A stretch of DNA of 35,933 bases from an uncultured beta proteobacterium. GTDB lineage: Bacteria > Pseudomonadota > Gammaproteobacteria > Burkholderiales > Burkholderiaceae. Location of the stretch: assembly GCA_903827075.1 (NCBI GenBank), contig CAIKGX010000158.1, positions 1 through 35,933 on the forward strand, given 5' to 3'. The notes under the pieces were generated by a model. The model was given only the letters and a program-made list of their open reading frames with translations. It did no database searches and was not told the DNA's origin. Positions within the stretch are counted from its first letter, which is position 1; each line of letters starts with the position of its first letter. Below are positions 10,235 to 18,985 of the stretch, piece by piece. Made by a program: the position numbers and the translations under genes.

Positions 10235-11526
10235 GCTGTTAATGAGTTGCAAGAAGGGGGTATGACTTTGTGGCTTAGAGTAAATTGCACGACATCAATA
10301 TTCTTTTCTGAAAATCCTGCAGCGCAATACATGAGATAAAAGTTCCAAAGGCGAATGAAAGCCTCATCAAAACCTAAGTGAGTAATCTCTTGAAGTTTGC
10401 TATTAAAACTGTCTCTCCAGAGGCAAAGAGTTTTTGCGTAGTCAGAACCAAAGGCAAACTCAGCATCTACTTGCAGGCCGGCACCAGCAGCTAGATCTGC
10501 AAACCCTTTTCTTGAGGGCAGCATGCCACCAGGGAATACATATTGTTGAATGAAATCCGTGTTGTGGCGATACCGATCAAAAAGCTCTTCTGCAATCACA
10601 ATCGTCTGAATACAGGCCTTGCCCCCCGCCTTTAAGCATTTAGCAATTGCATGAAAATATTCTGGCCAATGTCTTTCACCAACGGCCTCAAACATTTCGA
10701 TTGAGGCAATGCCATCAAACTGTTCTTTGCAGTCACGATAATCTTGCAGGCGAACTTCAAAAGTTTGATTACTTGAAAGGGTGCCCTGTACATTTTGAAG
10801 TCGATGTTTTGCAAATGATTGCTGTTCGGTAGACAAGGTGAGGCCAGTAACTGAGGCCTTATTGCGCAAAACTTCTTCCATAAAGCCGCCCCAGCCACAA
10901 CCGATTTCAAGTAGACGATGATTTGGTTGAGTATTAATGGAATTGAGAATACGAGTAATTTTTGCTTTTTGCGCATCTGCTAGGGATTGACTGTCTCCCA
11001 AATTGAACCAGGCGCTGGAATAGCTCATTGTGGGATCAAGCCATAAAGTGTAAAACGCATTTCCTAAGTCATAGTGTGCGTGGATATTTTTTTTGCTTCC
11101 AGATTTCGAATTATCTCTAAGCCAATGCTTTAAGCGATAGATGAGAGAGCCATACCAACTGCCATAAATAGCCTTCTCCAAAATTGTGCGATTTCGGATG
11201 GTAATCTCTAGGAGGGTTTTCAGATCACTTGTATTCCACTCCCCGCGAATATAGCTCTCAGCAAAACCAATATCGCCATGAGAGAGCACTTGTTTGAAGA
11301 CTGACCAATCTAGAACTTGAATGTTTGCTCGCAAGGTGTCGCCAATATTTCCAAATTCCTTAATGACCCCATTGGGAAGGGTAAGTGTCAGATGGCCGCT
11401 ACGTAATTTGGATAGCAAACCTAATACCGTTTCGGTAGTGATGCTATGGGCTTGTAGCTTAGATCCCCGTTTTTGTGGACGAGAAAAGATCAAGCGAGAG
11501 AGGAGTGAGTGACCAGGGCGATTCAT
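10231..11526 (-). CDS. Cyclopropane-fatty-acyl-phospholipid synthase family SAM methyltransferase (UfaM-like)
   Basis: GDIGFAESYIRGEW, NIHAHYDLGNAFY, DPTMSYSSA, LEIGCGWGG, SIEMFEAVG, FIQQYVFPGGMLPS, WNFYLMYCAAGF. Confidence 0.9.
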   Translation of the reverse strand: MNRPGHSLLSRLIFSRPQKRGSKLQAHSITTETVLGLLSKLRSGHLTLTLPNGVIKEFGNIGDTLRANIQVLDWSVFKQVLSHGDIGFAESYIRGEWNTSDLKTLLEITIRNRTILEKAIYGSWYGSLIYRLKHWLRDNSKSGSKKNIHAHYDLGNAFYTLWLDPTMSYSSAWFNLGDSQSLADAQKAKITRILNSINTQPNHRLLEIGCGWGGFMEEVLRNKASVTGLTLSTEQQSFAKHRLQNVQGTLSSNQTFEVRLQDYRDCKEQFDGIASIEMFEAVGERHWPEYFHAIAKCLKAGGKACIQTIVIAEELFDRYRHNTDFIQQYVFPGGMLPSRKGFADLAAGAGLQVDAEFAFGSDYAKTLCLWRDSFNSKLQEITHLGFDEAFIRLWNFYLMYCAAGFSEKNIDVVQFTLSHKVIPPSCNSLTA

Positions 11527-12308
11527 CGGCTAACTTCAAGTTCAGGTGGTGTTGGCTTTGTATGAAAGGGTACACCTTTTAGCCAGAGTTTCAATGCCTG
11601 CCAATGAATACGGCCAATAACACCCAGACTCATGAGTGGATAACGTAAGAAGGCTAAATACAATGCGCTTTTAGTGAGGGGCTCGCTCACCCCACTGATG
11701 CTGGTATTAATCAGCGGGGAGCCCTCTTCATGCAACTCGATACGACAAACCGTATTTCTGTTTGACTGGCTATCCTGTGTAAATAAGAATCGGAAGTGGT
11801 ATTCACCACTCACATCGCAAAATGGCGATACGTGAAAAACTTTTTTACTTTTGAGTGTTTCACCTGATCGCAATACCTCGCCAGAATCTTTATATAGTAA
11901 ATAGCAGTGGCGCTCACCAAAGGTGTTGTTAACTTCAGCCAATACTGCCTGGACTTGACCGCCGATTCGAGTGCAGAACCAGAAGCTCACCGGATTAAAA
12001 ACGTAACCGAGAACTCTTGGGAAGGTTTGCAACCAGATTTCTCCATCGACATGATGAATACCATTCTCTACGAGGACCTGTTCAATCCACTGTAGGCTAT
12101 CTGCACCGCCAATCCCATGGTCTTTATCAAAGAGTGAAAATAAGCTAAATTGATTGTCTCCAAGCCCACTTTTTTTGAGTAATGTAGGATCATTTTTTCT
12201 GGAGCGCATTGGAATAGAGAGTGTGAAGATGCCATAGCCAAAAGCATTTTTCGCCGGCCGAAATCGGCGATGTTGGACTACCCCGAAATTGATCCTTGCC
12301 TGATTCAT
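11523..12308 (-). CDS. DUF1365 family protein (UfaO-like)
   Basis: HRRFRP..NAF.Y, PRVLGYVFNPVSFWFC, AEVNNTFGERHCY, KVFHVSPF, IHWQALKLWLKGVPF. Confidence 0.9.
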   Translation of the reverse strand: MNQARINFGVVQHRRFRPAKNAFGYGIFTLSIPMRSRKNDPTLLKKSGLGDNQFSLFSLFDKDHGIGGADSLQWIEQVLVENGIHHVDGEIWLQTFPRVLGYVFNPVSFWFCTRIGGQVQAVLAEVNNTFGERHCYLLYKDSGEVLRSGETLKSKKVFHVSPFCDVSGEYHFRFLFTQDSQSNRNTVCRIELHEEGSPLINTSISGVSEPLTKSALYLAFLRYPLMSLGVIGRIHWQALKLWLKGVPFHTKPTPPELEVSR

Positions 12309-13697
12309 TTACTGCGCATCTTGAATGGAGTTGGTTTTGATGGGAGGTCGAATACTCTCTAATAAGTCTTTGGCAACCAATTCACCTGAGCGCAACCCAT
12401 CTTCATGAAAGCCAAAACCAGTCCATGCACCGCAATACCAGATAGAGGAAGCCCCCTGAATGAGGGGTAATTCTTTTTGGGCTCGAATGGCTTGCATATC
12501 GAACATAGGGTGGGAGTAATGAATCTCTTGATGAACCAGTGCGGGATCTGGTTCGGTCGATGGGTTGAGGCTCACAATAATAGGTAATTGCTTCAATTCC
12601 TCTGGTAAAGGTTGCAAGCGATTGATTAGGTAATTAACACTAACGTGTTGCTGTGCCGTAGGTGTGTCCCCCGAATTGGCGGTGTAATTCCATGCCGCCC
12701 AGCATCGTTCTGTCTCGGGTAGAAAATGTCTATCCGTATGCAAGATGGCGCGATTCTTTTGATAGGGAATAGCCGCCAGAATATTTCGAGCATCTTGATC
12801 AATGCCATGCAGCAGAGCTAAAGTTTGGTCGCTATGGCAGGCCATCACCACTTCATCAAACCAGGTAGAGCCTGTTGCTGTAATAAGCTCCACTGGAGAA
12901 TTTCCATCTGAGCCAGTATTTACTCTGATAATGGCTTCACGCACAATCTTGACTTGGCTTTGTTCCAAGGCTGCTACAAGGCGCTTCACGTATTCACGTG
13001 AACCACCGCTAACGGTAAGCCATTGTGGGCGCTTCTGAATCTGTAATAAACCGTGGTTGTGACAGAAACGCACCATGGTTTGTATTGGAAATTCCAACAT
13101 CTGTTCTACGGAGCATGACCAAATGGCACCAATCATCGGTAGGAAATAATTTTCACGAAAGCTATTGCTAAAACGATGGCGATTTAGAAAATCAGCGATA
13201 CATTCATCGGGCTCTGCATATTCGTGCTCAGCATAGATCTGCTTTTCTGCTAGTTGGGTAGCAAGCCGATTAAAGCGCAAGATGTCATAAGCCATTCTCC
13301 AAAAAGAAGGGGAGAGCATATTTGATCTTTGACCAAAGAAGGAGTTGAGATCATTTCCTGCCCACTCGATTTTTTGATGATGCTTTGCTTTTTCACTGGT
13401 GTCGATAGAAACAGAAAATGACATCTCTGACGGAGAGATAGGTACCTGTAATTCTTCAAAGAGTCGCACCAGACGCGGGTAGGTTTTGCGGTTGAATACT
13501 AAAAAGCCAGTATCCACCCCATGAGTAACTACTCCCTTAGATGTTTGTAATGAAAAATCTATGGTATTGCTATGGCCACCAATATGATTGCCGCCTTCAA
13601 AAACCGCCACATCTACATTAGGATCTTGCCTAAGAGCATAGGCGCAGCCTAAACCAGAAATGCCCGCACCAACGATGGCTACTCTTTTCTTGTTCAC
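12309..13697 (-). CDS. FAD-dependent oxidoreductase (UfaD-like; amine oxidase/desaturase family)
   Basis: VAIVGAGISGL, GGHSNT, VDTGFLVFNRKTYP, RFCHNHGLL, WAAWNY, GAWTGFGFHEDGLRSG. GTG start overlapping the gpx stop. Confidence 0.88.
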   Translation of the reverse strand: MNKKRVAIVGAGISGLGCAYALRQDPNVDVAVFEGGNHIGGHSNTIDFSLQTSKGVVTHGVDTGFLVFNRKTYPRLVRLFEELQVPISPSEMSFSVSIDTSEKAKHHQKIEWAGNDLNSFFGQRSNMLSPSFWRMAYDILRFNRLATQLAEKQIYAEHEYAEPDECIADFLNRHRFSNSFRENYFLPMIGAIWSCSVEQMLEFPIQTMVRFCHNHGLLQIQKRPQWLTVSGGSREYVKRLVAALEQSQVKIVREAIIRVNTGSDGNSPVELITATGSTWFDEVVMACHSDQTLALLHGIDQDARNILAAIPYQKNRAILHTDRHFLPETERCWAAWNYTANSGDTPTAQQHVSVNYLINRLQPLPEELKQLPIIVSLNPSTEPDPALVHQEIHYSHPMFDMQAIRAQKELPLIQGASSIWYCGAWTGFGFHEDGLRSGELVAKDLLESIRPPIKTNSIQDAQ

Positions 13698-14275
13698 TAA
13701 ATTTTTTCTCCTAAGAGTTTTTCAATCTCAGAAGAAATGCTACTGCTCGATGGTTTAGTCATGCTGCCAAAGGAGTCGACTACATTGCCGTTGCGATCAA
13801 TGAGATATTTATAGAAGTTCCATTTTGGGGTGGTTCCAGTCTTCGCTATCAGCATCTTAAAAAGAGGGTTTGGATTATTTCCGCTGACCACGCTTTTAGC
13901 AAACATCGGAAATTTCACGTCATAAGTATTTTTGCAAAAGTCGGCAATTTCTTTATTGCTCCCAGGTTCTTGCTGTCCAAAATCATTTGACGGAAATCCC
14001 AAAACAAGCAAGCCCCGATCTTTGTATTTGGCATACAGCTTTTCTAGGCCCTCATACTGACTTGTAAAGCCACAAAAACTAGCGGTATTGACGACCAGAA
14101 TCACCTTCCCTTGGTACTGGCAGAGATTTTGTGGGGCCTCATCTTGCAATCGTGGAAAGGTATGGGATAGCAGCGGGCTACAAGCTGCTGAGCTTGGGGT
14201 GGCAGCATAGACGACTTGCATGGTAGGCGCAATTAAAGCCAGGGCCATGAGCCATTTCGTCAGATTGTGAAACAT
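13697..14275 (-). CDS. Glutathione peroxidase family protein (Cys-type) with signal peptide
   Basis: VNTASFCGFT.QY, GFPSNDFGQQEPG, WNFYKYLIDRNG. Hydrophobic N-terminus ending VYA|A. Confidence 0.92.
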   Translation of the reverse strand: MFHNLTKWLMALALIAPTMQVVYAATPSSAACSPLLSHTFPRLQDEAPQNLCQYQGKVILVVNTASFCGFTSQYEGLEKLYAKYKDRGLLVLGFPSNDFGQQEPGSNKEIADFCKNTYDVKFPMFAKSVVSGNNPNPLFKMLIAKTGTTPKWNFYKYLIDRNGNVVDSFGSMTKPSSSSISSEIEKLLGEKI

Positions 14276-14357
14276 ATTGCACCTTTTTTAGTGGGGGGCG
14301 GAGTTGATCAAGTCTAAGACATTCTGACAATTCTCGTTGGGCATCACGCAATGCTAT

Positions 14358-14363
14358 TAATAT
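14358..14363 (+). promoter_or_regulatory. -10-like hexamer 6 nt before the rfaE2 ATG
   Basis: TAATAT-tgaggt-ATG. Confidence 0.45.
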
Positions 14364-14369
14364 TGAGGT

Positions 14370-14858
14370 ATGAGCTCTTTGCCATTACCCTCTTTTGAAT
14401 CCAAGGTTTGTTCGCCTGAGCAATTGATTGCTCGAATTGCTAAGCTACCTAGACCCATCGTTTTTACCAACGGGGTCTTTGACATACTTCATCGTGGCCA
14501 TGCAAGCTATTTAGCTCAAGCCAAAGAGTTGGGTGCTAGCTTGGTGGTTGGCGTCAATTCAGACGCATCAGTAAGGATGCTGGGTAAAGGTGAAGTTCGG
14601 CCAATCAATATAGAGGCAGACCGTCAGGCTTTATTGGCTGCCTTGGCTAGCGTCGATTTGGTAGTGCCGTTTACTGAGCAGACCCCAGTCAATCTTATTA
14701 CACAGATTCGTCCTGATATTTACGTTAAGGGCGGTGATTATGAGATTGATACCCTAGAAGAAACCCATTTGGTTAAAACTTGGGGTGGGATGGCAGTTGC
14801 TATTCCATTTTTATATGAGCGCTCTACAACTACTTTATTGGGTAAGATCCGCTCTTAG
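14370..14858 (+). CDS. rfaE2: D-glycero-beta-D-manno-heptose 1-phosphate adenylyltransferase (HldE/RfaE domain II)
   Basis: VFTNGVFDILHRGH, VGVNSDASVR, KGGDY, STT. Confidence 0.92.
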   Translation: MSSLPLPSFESKVCSPEQLIARIAKLPRPIVFTNGVFDILHRGHASYLAQAKELGASLVVGVNSDASVRMLGKGEVRPINIEADRQALLAALASVDLVVPFTEQTPVNLITQIRPDIYVKGGDYEIDTLEETHLVKTWGGMAVAIPFLYERSTTTLLGKIRS

Positions 14859-15676
14859 TGGTTTTGTAATAACCAGGCCCACAGACCGCGCAATACTAGA
14901 CCTTCAACGGGTTCTATAGGTAGCGCTTGTTGCATTGCCATCTGTTTGATTTCTGTGATCAAAATTTTGGCATTACCGCCATCAAGCCAAATGCGCTCAA
15001 TCGGGTGATGTAGTTCTTTGGCTAATTGTGTGGCACGCACTATCGCTCCGATTTGCGCGGCGTCACAGCCTCCTGTAATCGCCTCATCGGTTGTTACACC
15101 AAAACTAGCTTGACTCGACAGAGCATCGGTACGAACTGCCAAGGGTAGTTGCGCCGTATTACCTTGCAAGCTTTCTTGCATCAAGCCCAGCCCAGGCAAA
15201 ATCCAGCCACCATAATGCAGGCCATTACCACCGAGCATATCAATGGTGGTGGCCGTCCCAGCATTAACAATGAGGGCATTGGTGGCAGATAGCGCCCTAG
15301 CGCCGAGGATGGCGGCCCAACGATCAGCCCCTAGCTTGCTCGGATCTTGATACAGGGTACGAACACCCTTGTATGGGCTATTACCCATGAGTTGCTGCCA
15401 AGAAATATCACCCCATTGCGGAAAGAGTGTCTTGAGATTGTCGATGGCAGCTTCGCCAGCGACACAACAAAAGGCAATCGCATCAGGCTTGGGCAAGGTT
15501 TTTGCAATGTAGTCAGATAGCTCAGCACGAAGTTCGGGCGACTGAAGTGATTTGCTGCTGATGGATCCAGAGTAAGCCCATAACTTCTTATTTCGATCTG
15601 AGGGATTTTGCGTCGACTCAACGGCAGCCCACTTAAGGCGTGTGTTACCTACATCGAATAGTAAAAAGAGACTCAT
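14855..15676 (-). CDS. coaX: Type III pantothenate kinase
   Basis: LLFDVGNTRLKW, LGADRW, VNAGTATTID, GGWILPG. Start moved to 15676 (ATGA overlap with the birA stop). Confidence 0.93.
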   Translation of the reverse strand: MSLFLLFDVGNTRLKWAAVESTQNPSDRNKKLWAYSGSISSKSLQSPELRAELSDYIAKTLPKPDAIAFCCVAGEAAIDNLKTLFPQWGDISWQQLMGNSPYKGVRTLYQDPSKLGADRWAAILGARALSATNALIVNAGTATTIDMLGGNGLHYGGWILPGLGLMQESLQGNTAQLPLAVRTDALSSQASFGVTTDEAITGGCDAAQIGAIVRATQLAKELHHPIERIWLDGGNAKILITEIKQMAMQQALPIEPVEGLVLRGLWAWLLQNH

Positions 15677-16467
15677 GATTGAACCCGTAAAGAAACATCG
15701 CCAGCATGTACTGTAATGATTTTTCCATCTTGCTTCAGAAGTAATGCGCCAGTGTGATTTACGCCTTCGCAATAGCCATGAATAGCCTCTGTACCAGCCC
15801 CAGAAATGCAGACTGCTTGGCCCTGAAAAGCATCCCATCTTTTCCAGGCATGTTGGAAGTGATTAAATCCGTGATGATTAAATTCAGTTAAATACTTCTC
15901 AAAAGACTCAATCAGTTTTAGCCAAAGATAATCGGTCTCCGGTAGTTCTACCGTATCAGAAATCAGCTGATCTAAGGCTCCCACTTTGACTGTATCGTCT
16001 AAGCTCTTTTCGATGTCACTGGCATTTCGTAAATTAATGCCCACCCCAATAATCATCCAGGTGGGCGCGCTTGGATTGGTTTGACCGCCCTCTATGAGGA
16101 TGCCGCCTAACTTCGCATTATTCAATAAAAGATCGTTGGGCCACTTGAGTCGCAGTCCTTGTGCATACAAATCCGACTCGCTCAGACGAAGGGCTGCAGC
16201 TATTCCCGAGATGACTGCTAAGCCAATGACTAGACTTAAGCCACTTAATTCTCCAGGGCGGCGATCAAATGGAAAGGCTAGGGAGAAGCACATCGTATCT
16301 TGGGGGTTGGAAATCCAGACCCTTCCTACCCTACCTTTGCCTGCGGTTTGTATCTGAGTGATTCTCGCAACGGGATCTATTAATTCACCGGCGCGCCAAC
16401 GGGTCAACAAATCATCATTCGTCGATTTTGTTTCGGTAACGCGTTCAAGGATGCAATTCCAGCTCAT
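15673..16467 (-). CDS. birA: Biotin--[acetyl-CoA-carboxylase] ligase (no HTH domain)
   Basis: STND, QTAGKGRVGRVW, LKWPNDL, KLGGILIE, GVGIN, AGDVSLR. Confidence 0.95.
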   Translation of the reverse strand: MSWNCILERVTETKSTNDDLLTRWRAGELIDPVARITQIQTAGKGRVGRVWISNPQDTMCFSLAFPFDRRPGELSGLSLVIGLAVISGIAAALRLSESDLYAQGLRLKWPNDLLLNNAKLGGILIEGGQTNPSAPTWMIIGVGINLRNASDIEKSLDDTVKVGALDQLISDTVELPETDYLWLKLIESFEKYLTEFNHHGFNHFQHAWKRWDAFQGQAVCISGAGTEAIHGYCEGVNHTGALLLKQDGKIITVHAGDVSLRVQS

Positions 16468-16473
16468 TTCACC

Positions 16474-16498
16474 ATTGTAGAAAGGTCTGACCTAGAAT
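16474..16498. promoter_or_regulatory. Divergent -10 elements for birA and vanZ flanking an AGGTC-T-GACCT palindrome
   Basis: Minus strand TACAAT (16474-16479) and plus strand TAGAAT (16493-16498), each 6 nt before its ATG. Palindrome at 16483-16493. Confidence 0.6.
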
Positions 16499-16504
16499 TG
16501 GAGA

Positions 16505-17599
16505 ATGCAACAGGAAGATCTGCGCCCCCGTAAGTTTGTATGGCCTCTTCAGGCCATGCCATTAGCTCGGGCTATTAGCCTGTGCTATGGACTTTTGATT
16601 CTGTATATCAGCTTAAATCCATTCGATTTCGACCTTCAGAATGGTATTTCTGCCTGGGCGTGGCTCAGCGCTCCATTGCCACGCTTTATTACCCTCTTTG
16701 ATGTTTCAGTCAATATCTTGGCCTATATCCCATTGGGCTTCTTGATTGTGTTTGCCGCCTATCCACGATGGCGTAATTTTGTAGCCTTAGGCTTGGCGCT
16801 AAGCTTTAGCGCCATTTTGGCTTTTAGCGTGGAATCTCTTCAAAGTTGGTTGCCAACCCGTATTCCCAGTCAAATGGATTGGTGGGCCAATATGTTGGGT
16901 GGTTTGTTAGGTGGTCTATTGGCGATTCCTTTGGGGCCTCATTGGTTGTCCGGCAGCGCTATCCGACGCCGTTTTGATCAGTGGTTTGGCTTGAACTGGG
17001 CTGCGTGCGCCTTATTTTTGCTATTCCCTTGGACTCAAATCTACCCACAAAGTTCATGGCTGGGAACGGGTGTCTGGGGTCATGCCATTTTTGGCTCAAT
17101 AGATTGGGGCACTACGGTTGTCAATCACCTGGCCCAAGAAACCGTGATTACTGCGCTTTGTTGGCTTGGCACGGCCTTATTACTTTCTCTTGGCATGCGT
17201 CCTAAGGCGCCTCAATGGAAGATATTAAATGGCTTGCTCGCTTGGACTGTCCTAATCAAAATGCTCTTTACTGCACTGCAGTTTGGAGCAGAATTTAGCT
17301 TCCTGTGGCTTACTGCAGGGGCAATCTGGGGGATGCTCTTAGGGAGTATTTTATTGAAATGGGCGCTCTGTTTATCGGGAAGAGCAAAGTTTTGGTTAGC
17401 GTTAGGCTGCCTTATTGGTGCAACTATTGCCATTAATCTGTTGCCTGACAATCCCTATTTTGTTCTGACGATGCGGCATTGGTACCAAGGAGGCTTATTG
17501 CACTTTAATGAACTCATGCAATGGGTTTCAGTAATATGGTTGCCACTGGCTTTATTTTGGATAGTACGCGATACCTTTATTTTTAAATTAAAACCCTGA
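16505..17599 (+). CDS. VanZ-family multi-pass membrane protein
   Basis: SLNPF, DVSVNILAYIPLG, VESLQSWLPTRIPSQMDWWANMLG; about ten hydrophobic segments. Confidence 0.85.
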   Translation: MQQEDLRPRKFVWPLQAMPLARAISLCYGLLILYISLNPFDFDLQNGISAWAWLSAPLPRFITLFDVSVNILAYIPLGFLIVFAAYPRWRNFVALGLALSFSAILAFSVESLQSWLPTRIPSQMDWWANMLGGLLGGLLAIPLGPHWLSGSAIRRRFDQWFGLNWAACALFLLFPWTQIYPQSSWLGTGVWGHAIFGSIDWGTTVVNHLAQETVITALCWLGTALLLSLGMRPKAPQWKILNGLLAWTVLIKMLFTALQFGAEFSFLWLTAGAIWGMLLGSILLKWALCLSGRAKFWLALGCLIGATIAINLLPDNPYFVLTMRHWYQGGLLHFNELMQWVSVIWLPLALFWIVRDTFIFKLKP

Positions 17600-17601
17600 A
17601 T

Positions 17602-17919
17602 GTGATGTCTATGAGCTTTAAACACCATGTATTTTTCTGTCTAAATGAGCGCAGCAATGGAGAAGATTGCTGCCATCAACACAATGCCTTTGCGCTGTTT
17701 GAGTATGCAAAAAATCGGGTAAAAGAACTTGGCCTTTCCGGTCCCGGCAAGATTCGCATTAACAAGGCGGGTTGTCTGGATCACTGTGCGGATGGTCCAG
17801 TCATGGTGATTTATCCAGAGGCAGTTTGGTATACCTTTGTTGATTCCGAAGACATTGAAGAAATTATTCAGTCACATTTAATTGAAGGGCGATCAGTACG
17901 TCGCCTACAGTTGGCTTAG
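17602..17919 (+). CDS. Thioredoxin-like (2Fe-2S) ferredoxin
   Basis: HVFFCLNER...CC, AGCLDHCADGPVMVIYPEAVWY. Exact start uncertain (17602, 17605 or 17611). Confidence 0.9.
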   Translation: MMSMSFKHHVFFCLNERSNGEDCCHQHNAFALFEYAKNRVKELGLSGPGKIRINKAGCLDHCADGPVMVIYPEAVWYTFVDSEDIEEIIQSHLIEGRSVRRLQLA

Positions 17920-17942
17920 TTCGTTTTAAGAAAGCTCACCTC

Positions 17943-18659
17943 ATGAATAGCGGTACAAAAGTAATGCATATCGAGGGTGTCATTGGTCAGATTGAAATAT
18001 CGATTGATCTACCTGATGAATTAAAAAATAATCCCGAGTTTGTCGTGCGAGGCTTAGCTTTGGTTGCTCATCCACACCCCCTCATGGGTGGCACAAAAGA
18101 TAACAAGGTGGCACAAACCATGGCGCGAGCATTTAACCAATTGGGATATGTCAGCGTACGACCCAATTTTCGTGGTGTTGGCGGTACTGCTGGCGTTCAC
18201 GATGATGGCGTCGGTGAAATGGAAGATTTACTGCATGTCACTGATTGGATGCGCACCCCTTCTAGCTGGACACAGTTTGAGGGAACGCAACATCAATCTT
18301 GGATTACTTCTGCCAATGCCTTACCTTTGGTAGTCTCAGGGTTTTCTTTTGGAAGTTTTGTTGGTTCACATCTCGTTCAAAGATTGGCTGATCTGGGTCG
18401 CCCAGCAGAGCGTCTAGTGATGGTGGGTAGTGCTGCAGGTAAATGGGTATTGGCCCCCGTTCCAGCAGATACGATTTTGATTCATGGTGAAGTAGATGAA
18501 ACTATTCCATTGATTGATGTCTTGGATTGGGCGCGACCACAAGAGTTAACGGTACAGGTTGTGCCAGGCGCAGACCATTTCTTTCATCGCAGACTGCATT
18601 GCATACGAAACATCATTACCGGCGCTTGGTTGGGTATGCCAGATCAACGCCAGCATTAA
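17943..18659 (+). CDS. Alpha/beta hydrolase
   Basis: HPHPLMGGT.DNKV, NFRGVG, nucleophile GFSFG, HGEVDE, GADHFF. Confidence 0.9.
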   Translation: MNSGTKVMHIEGVIGQIEISIDLPDELKNNPEFVVRGLALVAHPHPLMGGTKDNKVAQTMARAFNQLGYVSVRPNFRGVGGTAGVHDDGVGEMEDLLHVTDWMRTPSSWTQFEGTQHQSWITSANALPLVVSGFSFGSFVGSHLVQRLADLGRPAERLVMVGSAAGKWVLAPVPADTILIHGEVDETIPLIDVLDWARPQELTVQVVPGADHFFHRRLHCIRNIITGAWLGMPDQRQH

Positions 18660-18706
18660 GGTGGCATCAAGAACAAGATGATAAAAAACAAACAGAAAGT
18701 ATTTAA

Positions 18707-18976
18707 ATGACGACTGAAGAAAAATCACTCATTGAATATCCATCCGAATTCCCCATTAAGGTAATGGGCAAAGCTCACCCTGAATATCTACCTGCAATCT
18801 TACATATTGCCCGTCAATTTGATCCTAGCTTTGACGAGAGCAAGGTTGAGCAAAGACCTTCTAAGGATGGAAATTATTTAGGGATTACATTGCCAATCAC
18901 GGCGACCAGTCGTGAGCAGTTAGATGAGCTCTATCGAACCTTATCTACCCATCCATTAGTCAGCGTTGTACTTTAA
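18707..18976 (+). CDS. ybeD: YbeD/DUF493 family protein
   Basis: LIEYPSEFPIKVMG, SKDGNY, SREQLDELYR.L..HPLV. Directly upstream of lipB. Confidence 0.9.
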   Translation: MTTEEKSLIEYPSEFPIKVMGKAHPEYLPAILHIARQFDPSFDESKVEQRPSKDGNYLGITLPITATSREQLDELYRTLSTHPLVSVVL

Positions 18977-18985
18977 TCTAGATTA

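Noticed and set aside
14286-14320. Possible RpoE/ChrR-type promoter (TGATCA...TAAAA on the minus strand) or FNR half-site upstream of gpx
   Set aside because: Both elements mismatch the TGATCC/TAAGA consensus and the TTGAT has no partner at N4 spacing. A PWM scan would be needed.
9441-14369. The fatty-acid-modification operon as a recent mobile island
   Set aside because: No integrase, transposase, tRNA or flanking direct repeats are visible. Composition was not computed, so older transfer cannot be excluded.
15677-15838. N-terminal extension of coaX in the ORF track
   Set aside because: It overlaps birA on the same strand. Homology begins at MSLFLLFDVGNT, with an ATGA junction at 15676.
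16505-17599. VanZ and the MBL-fold gene as antibiotic resistance determinants
   Set aside because: Both are broad families in a core chromosomal context, with no van cluster, no signal peptide on the MBL protein and no mobility genes.
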